Source: Prasinococcaceae sp. CCMP 1430
Taxonomy: Eukaryota; Plantae; Prasinodermophyta
Length of the DNA stretch: 64,000 nt
NCBI GenBank assembly: GCA_013416795.1
Contig: RQSC01000015.1
Span: forward strand, 383,141-447,140
Direction: 5' to 3'
Each line of letters starts with the position of its first letter. Within the stretch, counting starts at the first letter, position 1. The translations under genes were made by a program, and so were the position numbers. Below, piece by piece: positions 55,801-64,000 of the stretch. The notes beneath the pieces are model-generated. The model ran no database searches. It saw only the letters and a program-made list of their open reading frames with translations, and was not told where the DNA came from.

Positions 55801-56220
55801 CAGCCGTTCCATCGCGGCCGTCTGTCGCGGAACTATCGCCGGGGACGGAGACGGGGCGCCGCTCCCACCGAGCGCGAAGAGCGCCTCGAGCTTGGCGTAG
55901 TCAACGGACACGGGCGAATTTGGGCGTGGGAGCGTTGCGAACGCGCCGCTGACCGACGCCGACGTCGCCCCTGTCCCAACCGCACTCCTGCACAGGGTGC
56001 CCGGCGCCATCGTAACGCCGGCGGGTGCCCCCCCCGCGAGCATGGCCAGCGCGTCCATCTCGCCGAGGCCGGCCATCCCGTCGCCCGCCCTGTGCTCCAA
56101 CGCGCCCGTGGCCGCCGTGGCCGTGCCGCCAAACGCCGCAGCGGCGGAGGCATGCGCGCCAGCGGACGCGCGCGCGTGGACGACCGCGGGCGGCGACGCC
56201 GACACCATTGCGGGAGCCAT
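52810..56220 (-). CDS. CFAP69: Cilia- and flagella-associated protein 69 (ARM-repeat), intronless
   Basis: VDYAKLEALF..EGFPVKEL N-terminal pattern, GFRRRDKELRNE, GGLTALLALLE, and C-terminal GEVWQDIEAELEAEGVR..D..R..EATFY resembling CFAP69. Confidence 0.8.
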   Translation of the reverse strand: MAPAMVSASPPAVVHARASAGAHASAAAAFGGTATAATGALEHRAGDGMAGLGEMDALAMLAGGAPAGVTMAPGTLCRSAVGTGATSASVSGAFATLPRPNSPVSVDYAKLEALFALGGSGAPSPSPAIVPRQTAAMERLVRVHSREGFPVKELPSVTAVLSAALRAVRAGPERGGGALVRGVAGLANALGAAPFVRRSATDDLRHLPAVAELLTAMGEVFEGLESASVDELHALSPLLRACAGSVANIASGYGTRPPGGDSPTETAEALEASVVADGIAAAGPDARLYCTSQLAVCRSGIAAPLAGGLRAAVCGERARCVADGSLCETLVDALLQLSYHAPSARQAAAAGAVRAVAALINEAPDVSSSVVYMGAELLWNLLDAAPFARVEGRPDAVDAIGASAELDDSVCAAAVRLASGALLAQPGAGFRRRDKELRNEGFVIMGLLAKGGANSPRGMAVNANEDAADLDARRSATETTASATCAALRESGALRLALVAATAPEATLRANMLAEGDSLSEFYADLSSCCLTRDDDDLELKPLAWSLCTALARRDVACREAVATSLVPRVLVAYLSSDSPPARRCDGSLTPPQLAALAGDAALALCALAPHCTAEVLAAGAPAAAIRATAARAAEPGGGGSGMRLLGALAAIDDVALPLVDAGAVEVSLDIFAGGGSVGSGAGAPVAAPDTERRQAAQLVARLCRSPVRAAAADARARFRAAGGVSLLAAELTVLTGMDATLPSARALAAIDLVWAAVASERRSLARLVAGGGLTALLALLEAGAAEHAPLALACLADVLGYAPARELFHSWRSERTGRSAAHMVLALWEAEESVRGMRNDGGTLAGIDKPLAGDATLAVARPPAAIGVYGAAASTGSSSRPGSASRSAAGSPASGGAVGAFGIGASGAAAIAAAAGSVDLLMRVYAVFVGFDDAELSYLAPSQRATLVGVRAYAALRRGEVWQDIEAELEAEGVRATAPDRARLDTCIVDGHNAASSVAAEQASHLGEAEAAASAREATFYANKMLQQELEAKARVHKKNRMTLTLKERLETKLRRERMLNRSFRSQGAEEAYEESAAQAAEGDLREDDREASDESDLEAGGAEVPTAPSPTVLAETAAGGPLSGAAAEAAGSTQ

Positions 56221-57431
56221 GTCGACTCAGCCAGCGCGCCCGGTCACCGCTCGACAGACGGGCGCGGGCGCCCCGCGGGCGCCCGCCCACGCCGCGTTGG
56301 GCGTGCACGGGCGCGCAGCCCAGTGCAGCGCACCGACCCCCTCGCGCGAGGCGCTCGCCTCCCCACCCCCTCACCCCTCGCCTGCTCCCAATTCCCCCGC
56401 GCGCGCGAGGCGCGCGGGGGCTCGCGCGCGCTATGGCTCCCGCCTTCCGGTGCGTCCGTTCATCCCCTTCCCTCGCCGGTGGCCCTCCTTCAGCCCCACC
56501 CCACGCCTCCGTCCCCTCCCGCCCCCACGCACCCCAGGCGTTTATCCCTCTGCCCCCCCCCCCTCGCGCTGGCGCGCGGGCGCGGACGCCTCGCCCGCGC
56601 CCGCGCCCGCACCACCAAACCAATTCAGGCGCCCGGCCGCGGCCGGTCGGTCGGTCACTACTCACTCATCGCACCGCTCGCTCGCCGGCCGCAAGCCAGG
56701 CCACCCGGCCAGCCGGTCCATCCAGGGCAACGCCGCGCGCGCGCGCGCGCTCGGGGAACGCGCGCCGGTTCCCGTTCCGGCGCGCGCCACCACACCCAAA
56801 CCGCGGAAGAACCCAGCACAAAATCCACCCAAAACATCATCACAACGCATCAAACGACAGAGTATGCACGCGCACACGCCCCCGTCATCCGCGCTTTTTG
56901 CACGCCTCGTCAAAGAGCTCGCGTCGTCGTCCCTCATCACTCACCATCACGCGAAGCGCGTCGTGCGTGTGCTCCACATGACTACACCGTGGGTCAATGT
57001 GATATTCATTCAGGTGGAATGTCACACCCATTTTGACACATCAACAGGCGTCGTGCGTCGTGCGTGTGCTTGTGCTCGCAACTGTACGTAGGTTTGGGTT
57101 GGATGGGGTTTTGGGGGGTTGGAAAGTTTATTAGGGTTATGCTTTTTTGAGGGTCCGCAGCGGCGTCCGTTTTCGCGCGCGGCGCGGCGGCGGGGGGGCG
57201 CGGTGGGTGGCGCCGCCGGCGCCAGGCGGTGGCGGGGGGGGGTGTTGGAGGGCAGGGATCGGAGCGAGAGGAGGGGCGCGGTGCCCTTGCCGCTGCGCCC
57301 CGGGGCGCCTACGCGCCAGGCGCGCACGGCGCGGCGTGTGCCCCCCGGGGAGAAGGAGACTTGGGCAGTGGTGGTGGTGGTGGTGGTGTGTGTGTGTGGG
57401 GGGGGGGGATAGGGGGTGCTAATTAGCAGCG

Positions 57432-58198
57432 ATGGGCAACGCCGCCGAGCCGGCGCCGCAGCGCGTCGGCGGCGCGGGCGACGCCAACGCGGACGACCGC
57501 GAGGTGCACTGGCGCGACGTGGCGACCAAGCGGGAGCAGGACCTGACCGAGGTCAGGGAGTTCGTGCCAAGGTGCGCGCGCGGCGCCGCTCCCGAGACCC
57601 CCGCCCCCATCCACCAACTTTTTCCCCTCGAACATTCGGCCCCTTTTCACCAAGGAAAAACAAAAAAAACGCCAGCTGGGGCGAAACGGACGCGCGCGCG
57701 CTGGGGCGGGGCCGGCACGCCGGATGCGCCCCCCCCCGCCGCGCGGGGTCCCGCCTCCGCGCGCCACGGAGCGGCCACGCATCAGAAAACGTTCAGATGT
57801 GCGCCCCGCCGCCGGTTGGGTGGGGCGGACGCACGTGCGGCGCGCGCTTGGGGACGGGATGGGGCACGCGCGAGCTCCGCAGCGCGGCGCGGCCCTCCCC
57901 AGTTTTTTTTTTTTTTGTGGCGCGCGTCTGTTCGCGCGGCACTCCCGCGGCTCCGCGGCGAGTGGCGGCCGCGCCGGGCGCCGTGCCACGCCGCTGGCCG
58001 CGTCGCGCCGACCCATGCCATCGCATCGATCGATCGCTGACGCCACCGGCCTCGATCCCCCCCCCCCACCCACCCCACACACACCACCACTTTCCCCATC
58101 GCCCTCCCTGCCCTGCTTCGCGCAACAGCGACGACGAATCCGAGTCGGACGTCGAGTATGAGGAGGAGGAGCCCGGCTGCCGTTGCGTCGTGCAATAG
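57432..58198 (+). CDS. 69-aa two-exon microprotein with C-terminal CaaX box; exons 57432-57571, 58129-58198
   Basis: Phase-2 donor AG|GTGCGC matches the phase-2 acceptor after a pyrimidine-rich tract (CAACAG|C). Product: MGNAAEPAPQRVGGAGDANADDREVHWRDVATKREQDLTEVREFVPSDDESESDVEYEEEEPGCRCVVQ*. Confidence 0.7.
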
Positions 58199-58837
58199 GC
58201 CATGCGATGCGGCGCAGGTGCGAGCGTCTCCGGAGGCGGGTGGCGAGGGCGGGGGACCCGGCGCTCCCCGCACGCACGGCGCTTGCAAAGTGGATGGGAT
58301 GGGAGCGACGCCAGCGAGCACGCGTTTGCGGCCCGGGCTCGCGTGCCGACGCATGCGCCGCGCTGCAGCCGAGCGGCTCCGCTGCGCGCGGCGCGCTCCT
58401 GCGAGGCGCATGCCGACTCCCGCAGCGTGCGCTGCCCGACGCGGCGGCAGCGCGCGCTCGAAGCTCGCGGTTGGGACGCCGCCCATCTCGCGTCGTCGCG
58501 TGGGACTCAAAGACCTCTCGGCTGGCCATTGCCACGCCGGGACGAAAGTAATAATATCGCTTGGACGCGCTAACGGAGCGGCTCGCCGCTACCGCCAGCA
58601 CGTGCGTGCGTGCGCGCGAGCGCAGCACGCGCCCGGACAGCGCCCGCCCGAACGTCGCGCGGGCGCACTGCGCTGGGGCGCCTGGGCATGCGCAGCCCAG
58701 GCACATCGCGCACGTGTTGCGAAGTGCAAAGACGTGGCCGCAATGAAGCGGCCGGGCCGTCTCGCTGGACGCGCGCCTCGTGCGCGCGATTTGGCACGGG
58801 CCACTCCTCGGCACTGACACACAAAGCTCTTGTTCGC

Positions 58838-60297
58838 TTACATTCGCTGCCGCATGTCCTCCACGCCAAGCTTGAGCCACTCCGGCGCGTACGGCCCGAG
58901 CGTCTTGGCATTACGCATGAGCACTTGCTGCAGCTCGTACCACTCATCGGTCCCCGGCATCGCCGTGCGTGAGCCAGCCTGCATGAGCAGCGACGCGTCG
59001 CCGCCGGCCCCGCCGTGCACGAGTCCCTGCGTGTCCACGGCCGCCAGCGCCGCGCCGCCCAATGCCGTGAGCTGCTGCGCCTTTGACGTCTTGACGTACT
59101 CGAAGAAGGCCTTGACTTTGTTGCGGTACGCGGCCTTGGCAAGCTCGTCCGCGTCGAAGTCGATGTGTTCGTTGCAGTCGAGCACCAGCGCGGGGACGTT
59201 GTTCAGCAGGTCGGGAAGAGAGGCGTTGTCGTTCCCGAGGTACAGCACGCTGTCTGCGATGTCCGACGGCAGCCCGCTGTTGCCGGCGCCGAACCCAGCG
59301 CCGGGCGACACGGCGAGGCGCTCGTAGCCCTCGGGCACGCCGCCCGCGGGGAAGAGCACCTGCCTGCGCTCCCGCTCATTCCTCGAGTCCCTGAACCACT
59401 CCTCGTGCTTGTCGTGCAGCCCCTGCAGGTACTCGTGGCTGACTCCCGCCTCCTCGCTGCGGCCGCGGTTGGCCAGGCGCTGCAGGCACGTGTCGGGGTC
59501 GGCGCGGAGGTAGATGAAGGCGTCCGGAACCAGGCCCGGCATGGCCGACACCATCGGGTCGAACCACGAGTCGTAGAGCTCCAGTTCCATCTCGTTCATC
59601 CATCGCGCCTCGTGCACGGCGCGAACGAAGACCATCCGGTCCGAGAAGACGCTGCGCTCGAGCAGGCGCAGCGGCTTGGCGCTGCTGGCGCGGCTCTTGC
59701 TTTCCTGCAGCGCGCGAGTCACGAAGACGTAGTTCTGAAAGGTGTACGCGTAGCGCTCGGGTTCGTCGTAGAAGGCGTCGAGCATGTTGAACTTGCCCGA
59801 GCCGAGCGCCTGCCAGCTCTCAACGGGCTCGGGCACAATCTGCACGAGCTCCTGCAGCTCCACCTCGTGCCCCTCGAAGATCTTCTTGAGGAAGGTCGTC
59901 TTGCCCACCGAGATGTTGCCCTCTACGGCGAACGTGATGCGATCGGCGGCGGAGATGCCAGCGGAGAGCGTCCCCGCCTTGTCGGCCTCCTCTGCCTTGG
60001 AGGCGATGTACTCGGCAATGTTTCTGCAGTGGGATTTGTGCACGATGCCCACGTCCTCCGTGAGGAAGGACACCATCGTCCTCGTGTTGGCGCCGATCGA
60101 CGCGTCCGCGAAGCGCGCCTCGAGCGCTGCGATCGAATCCAGGCCCTTTGCCACCAGCAGGGCCTCGTTCTTAGCGCCAACGCCAGGGATCTTCTTCAGG
60201 TCGGTGGCGCCACTCGCGCCCCCCCTGCTACCACCCGCGCCCGCGGCCGCCCGTGCGCACGCGCGCCGCCGTGTGTGCGTGTGCGCACGCGCGCGCG
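58838..60297 (-). CDS. Deoxynucleoside kinase (plant dNK-like) with N-terminal HhH-like module; 5' end in gap
   Basis: DLKKIPGVG (HhH), P-loop VEGNISVGKTT, VPEPVESW, ERSVFSDRMVF, YLRADPDTCLQRL..RGRSEE. Confidence 0.93.
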
Positions 60298-60931
60298 NNN
60301 NNNNNNNNNNNNNNNNNNNNNNNNNNNNNNNNNNNNNNNNNNNNNNNNNNNNNNNNNNNNNNNNNNNNNNNNNNNNNNNNNNNNNNNNNNNNNNNNNNNN
60401 NNNNNNNNNNNNNNNNNNNNNNNNNNNNNNNNNNNNNNNNNNNNNNNNNNNNNNNNNNNNNNNNNNNNNNNNNNNNNNNNNNNNNNNNNNNNNNNNNNNN
60501 NNNNNNNNNNNNNNNNNNNNNNNNNNNNNNNNNNNNNNNNNNNNNNNNNNNNNNNNNNNNNNNNNNNNNNNNNNNNNNNNNNNNNNNNNNNNNNNNNNNN
60601 NNNNNNNNNNNNNNNNNNNNNNNNNNNNNNNNNNNNNNNNNNNNNNNNNNNNNNNNNNNNNNNNNNNNNNNNNNNNNNNNNNNNNNNNNGCTGCGGGTCC
60701 GTTCCGGGCCCGGGCGCCGCCGCCGCGCGCGCGCTCGCTCGCGCGCGCGCGCGCAGATTTTTTCACGCCGTGAAAAAGCGCCGCAGCGAACCCGCGGCAT
60801 CCGCGCGGCGCCCGAAGGCTCGAATGACACGCGCGCAAATTGGAACCCGTATAGAAGAAATGGATTCAACACGCTGGATTCCATACGGAGGGCGCTCCCA
60901 GCCCCCCCCGGGCCCGCCGTCAACCGCACGA

Positions 60932-61195
60932 CCCCGCCGAATAAAAAAAAAGAAAACGCGCGTAAAATAAAAGAAAAAGAAAAAAAGAAAAAAGAAAAAG
61001 AAAAAAGGGGTGAAAAACCGCTCGACCCCGCCGAATAACAAAGAAGAAAACGCACGCAAAAAAAGAATGAAAAAGAAAAAAGAAAAAGGGCGTGAATAAC
61101 GCTCGATCCCCGCCGAACGAAAGGAAGAGAGCGCACGCGAAAATAAAAAACAGAAAAAGAAAAAGAAAACAAGAGGGGGTGAAAATCCGACCGTT
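60932..61195. repeat. Three degenerate ~85-bp A-tract-rich direct repeat units
   Basis: CCCCGCCGAA at 60932, 61026 and 61108, each followed by A-rich runs and a GGG(C/G)GTGAA-like motif. Confidence 0.65.
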
Positions 61196-61331
61196 CGCTC
61201 GTGCGCGCAGGGCGGGGCCGCGGCGCCCCCCCCCCCCTTTTCATTCGGTGGGACGTCGAACCTTTTTCTCTTTTTTTTTCACATGTAAGTTTGACACATA
61301 AGAAACAGTCCAATTCCTCCCTTTTGTCTTT

Positions 61332-62271
61332 CTCTACCTCTTAAAATCTAGTTTTTGACAAGTTCGTCAACATCGACATTCAGGGGGCGGCGGCGGCTAG
61401 GGGTGGGCGCGTGTGAGGGCGCCCGATGGTTAGGGGGGCGCCATGGATGTTGGGAGAGCGCCTGCAATGCTCGTGGGACAGCCCATGTTTGCATGGGTGC
61501 CGCCAGGCGCTACACGGCGCCGCGGTGTTGTGGACCCAGAACTGTGCATCGAAATCTAATTTTTGACAGTTTGTCAACATGGTGGGCAGATGCCGGCGGC
61601 GGCGCCCATTTATCGCCCCCCCGGCCCGTTTGAGCGGCGACAGAGCCACTGTGGGGGGTTGGGAGGACGCCGCACGCGCGGGCCAGACTTGGGGGTGGGA
61701 GGGGGGGCGCTGCGCCGCGCTTGAAAAGTAAGTATCACTCGCCTCCCAAAACGCGCCCCAAAACAAATGTTTTACAGTTTGTGAACCCAGCATGCCCGTA
61801 TCAAAATACATTCAAATAGTAAAGTCAAAATGCATGTGGAAGAAAAATTTTGTTGGTAGGGACCCCTCTGTGGGCACGCGGGCGCGGCAGCACCAGCCCC
61901 CCCTGTGCCCAGGGACTGCGCCGGGGGGCGATACGCACCTCAGGGGCGTAGAACTGAGGCGCTCGCCGTGCCCTGGAAGGCGCCATGCCGCCCCCCCGAG
62001 GGGTGCAGCCCCTATGTTGACAAACTGCGCGTGCGCAAAATGGCGCCGCGGCATGGACCTCCAATTTTTCGCGCTGTCGCAGCTGCGGCGTGACTTGGCC
62101 GGCAGCGGCACCGATTAGTGCGCCGGAAAGCTCTGCTCGAGCGCTGCGCATTGAGCCTATTTTCGGGTCCGCATGAGGCCGACCGGGCGGGTGTCCGGGC
62201 CAGTAAGGGTTGATGTTGACAAAGTGTCAAATTTTAGATGGGTGTCAAAAATTAGATTTTAACAGGTAGTG
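61332..62271. mobile_element. Non-autonomous TIR element, CACTA/EnSpm-like (~940 bp)
   Basis: 27-bp inverted repeats 61334-61360 and 62243-62269 (25/27 identical). The right end reads CACTACC on the minus strand and the left end CTCTACC. Subterminal GTCAACAT/ATGTTGAC copies at 61366, 61573, 62014 and 62213. No TSD recognised. Confidence 0.65.
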
Positions 62272-62373
62272 CTCTTTTTTTGTTGCGGGTCCATTTTTTG
62301 CGACATTTTGGCGCCATTTGAAGGGTTTCAAAAAAATATAAGCGGGGCGGCAGAGCGAGGGCGCGGGGGAAAC

Positions 62374-64000
62374 ATGGAGGGCGACGATGGCTCCGGCGGA
62401 CGGCGCACGCCGCTCGCGTCGCTGACAAACAAGCGCGCGCGCACGCCCGGCGGCGCGGGGTCAGCGCTCAAGCCGCCGCCGAAGCGCAGCGCGGGCGCAG
62501 CGCCGCCGGCCGCGCCGACGCCCGGAGCGGCTGCTCTCGGCACTCCGGCGATGCTGGCGGCAATGGGCATCTTCTGCGACGGCGATGAGCGCATGCAGAC
62601 TGCGCAGCACACCGCAGACAAGGGTGCGTCCGCCGCGTGCGGCAGCATCGCCTACACGCACATGCCCGCGTGGGCGAGCGCGCATGGGTGTGGCCCCGCG
62701 GCCGGCGCGTGCTTCCCCGCGACTGCGCCTGACCCCTCGCGCCTACTCGTATTGACGCGCCACGCGTGCGACGACCGTGCGCGCGCAGACCGTGCTCCGC
62801 TGAGGGCTGCAGCGTGTGATTCGCCCATCCCGTCGATGGAGGTGTTGTCGACCCCATCGCCAAGCGCCAACGCCTCGGCGGCGTCATTCGCCGAATTGGC
62901 GAGCAGCTCGCATGTGCACGCCACGCCCGAGGCTGCCATCGGCGCGGCCAGCGCCGACAACATCCCCGTGTCCGTCGGGGGCGCAACGCCGGGCGAGTTT
63001 GAAAAGTGGCTAGGGAAGAGGCTGCGCTCGCTCGAGTTCGGCAGAGGTACGGGCGACGCTGAGGGGTTCTGCGTGCGCCGCGCGCGTCACTGTGCCCGCG
63101 TCGACGTCGAATCTTCTGCCATGGCCCTTTCTGACGCGGCACTGGCGGCGCATTTGCGCGCATGCGCTCCCGCGCTGGCACCCGCAGGCGACGCGAGCCC
63201 AGGGGCTGTCGCCGCCGCCGATCACGTCACCCTTGATGTGGCACCCGGCGCGCCTGCTCGTGAGGAGCTGTACCGACTCTTCCTGGGCGCGCGAGAGACG
63301 CACCGGCTTCGCAGCCTCGTCGAGACTCTCAAAGACGAGGAGCTCGATCTCGCAAGTGCCGAGGCCGAGGCGTCGCAGCAGCGCGCGCTTGAGTTCGCCG
63401 CCGCTGTCGACCGCGTGGAGGTGCTTGAGGAGGAGAAGGCGGGGCTTGCTGCCAAGGCGCTGGAGCTCGAGGACCAGCTGGCGGACGCCCGTTCGTTCTC
63501 TGACATGCTTGAGGCGGAGAAGGAGGCGGCAGATGATGCCAGGGACGAAGCAGCCCGCCGCGCGGACGAGCTGACCGCCGCCAAAGAAGAGCTTGCGGAA
63601 CGTCTGCACGAAGTTGACGCCGAGCTTTCGTCCGTCAGGATCGAGCTCAAGCGCGTCGTCGACGGCGAGGTATCGCAGCGCGCGCGAGCCGACGCAGCGG
63701 AGGCTGCGGCAGCGAGTGCGAAAGCCGAGGCCGAGTCGAAGCTCAGGCTCGCCGAGGAGGGGCTCGCGGGTACCGTGGCCGAGCTCGCAGGTACCAAAGC
63801 CAAGCTCGCCGCGGTGGAGGGCGAGCTCTCTGCCAAGGCGGTGACGCTCGACCGCAGTGCGGAGGCGCTCACCAGTGCGCAGGGAGAGCTGCAGCGGGTC
63901 AGATCCACCATGGAGGAGCTGACGGCGAAGCAGTCGGCTACCGAGGTGGAGCTTGACGAGGCCAAGTTCGACCTCGTGTCGAGCACCGAGGCGCGCGACG
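62374..64000 (+). CDS. Long acidic coiled-coil protein, 3'-partial; exons 62374-62623, ~62789-63046, 63188->64000
   Basis: Starts MEGDDGSGGRRTPLASLTNK. Two phase-1 GT-AG introns. Heptad-rich open frame (EVLEEEKAGLAAKALELEDQLADAR...) continues to the window end. Confidence 0.75.
   Translation, partial: MEGDDGSGGRRTPLASLTNKRARTPGGAGSALKPPPKRSAGAAPPAAPTPGAAALGTPAMLAAMGIFCDGDERMQTAQHTADKGASAACGSIAYTHMPAWASAHGCGPAAGACFPATAPDPSRLLVLTRHACDDRARADRAPLRAAACDSPIPSMEVLSTPSPSANASAASFAELASSSHVHATPEAAIGAASADNIPVSVGGATPGEFEKWLGKRLRSLEFGRGTGDAEGFCVRRARHCARVDVESSAMALSDAALAAHLRACAPALAPAGDASPGAVAAADHVTLDVAPGAPAREELYRLFLGARETHRLRSLVETLKDEELDLASAEAEASQQRALEFAAAVDRVEVLEEEKAGLAAKALELEDQLADARSFSDMLEAEKEAADDARDEAARRADELTAAKEELAERLHEVDAELSSVRIELKRVVDGEVSQRARADAAEAAAASAKAEAESKLRLAEEGLAGTVAELAGTKAKLAAVEGELSAKAVTLDRSAEALTSAQGELQRVRSTMEELTAKQSATEVELDEAKFDLVSSTEARD

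Noticed and set aside
57432-58198. Calling the microprotein a G-protein gamma subunit
   Set aside because: Only the CaaX tail is similar; there is no DPLL motif or convincing G-beta-binding coiled coil.
60228-61313. Phe/Lys-rich ORFs such as 60228..61313(-) and 60763..61059(-)
   Set aside because: They are translations of A/T homopolymer tracts spanning an N gap.
101-63986. Hundreds of overlapping Arg/Ala/Pro-rich ORFs on shadow frames
   Set aside because: They are expected from ~70% GC and stop-codon scarcity, show no recognisable motifs, and overlap well-supported genes.
1-64000. tRNA/rRNA/snRNA genes
   Set aside because: No cloverleaf or rRNA-like segments were recognised by eye; a tRNAscan/Infernal run would be needed to exclude them.

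Overview
Gene-dense nuclear DNA of a high-GC (roughly 70% by eye) green alga of prasinophyte grade. The evidence is short GT-AG introns with GCTGAC-like branch points, a plant-type TTTAGGG telomere repeat and plastid genes; the species cannot be determined from sequence alone. About 25 protein-coding genes can be reconstructed: ATP sulfurylase, MYND-USP deubiquitinase, LPAAT, ObgC2-like GTPase, GHMP kinase, tomosyn/Lgl, a giant ARM-like/kinase, 2OG-Fe(II) oxygenase, two nucleotide-sugar/TPT transporters, a uridine kinase-CYTH (TTM-like) protein, NamZ/DUF1343, IFT172, WDR60/DYNC2I1, an ADNT1-like carrier, folate-biopterin transporter, a TraB-family protein, a rubredoxin-like ORF, RAD51D, an ATX3-like SET protein, CFAP69, a 69-aa CaaX microprotein, deoxynucleoside kinase and a coiled-coil protein running off the end. 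Gene orientation alternates almost perfectly. Anomalies include a plastid DNA island (rps4 3' end plus intact psbJ), an interstitial telomere array abutting a gene, a candidate bicistronic locus, an in-frame TAA inside a kinase domain and a CACTA-like non-autonomous element. Nine N gaps hide several 5' ends. All family assignments come from motif recognition, not database searches.
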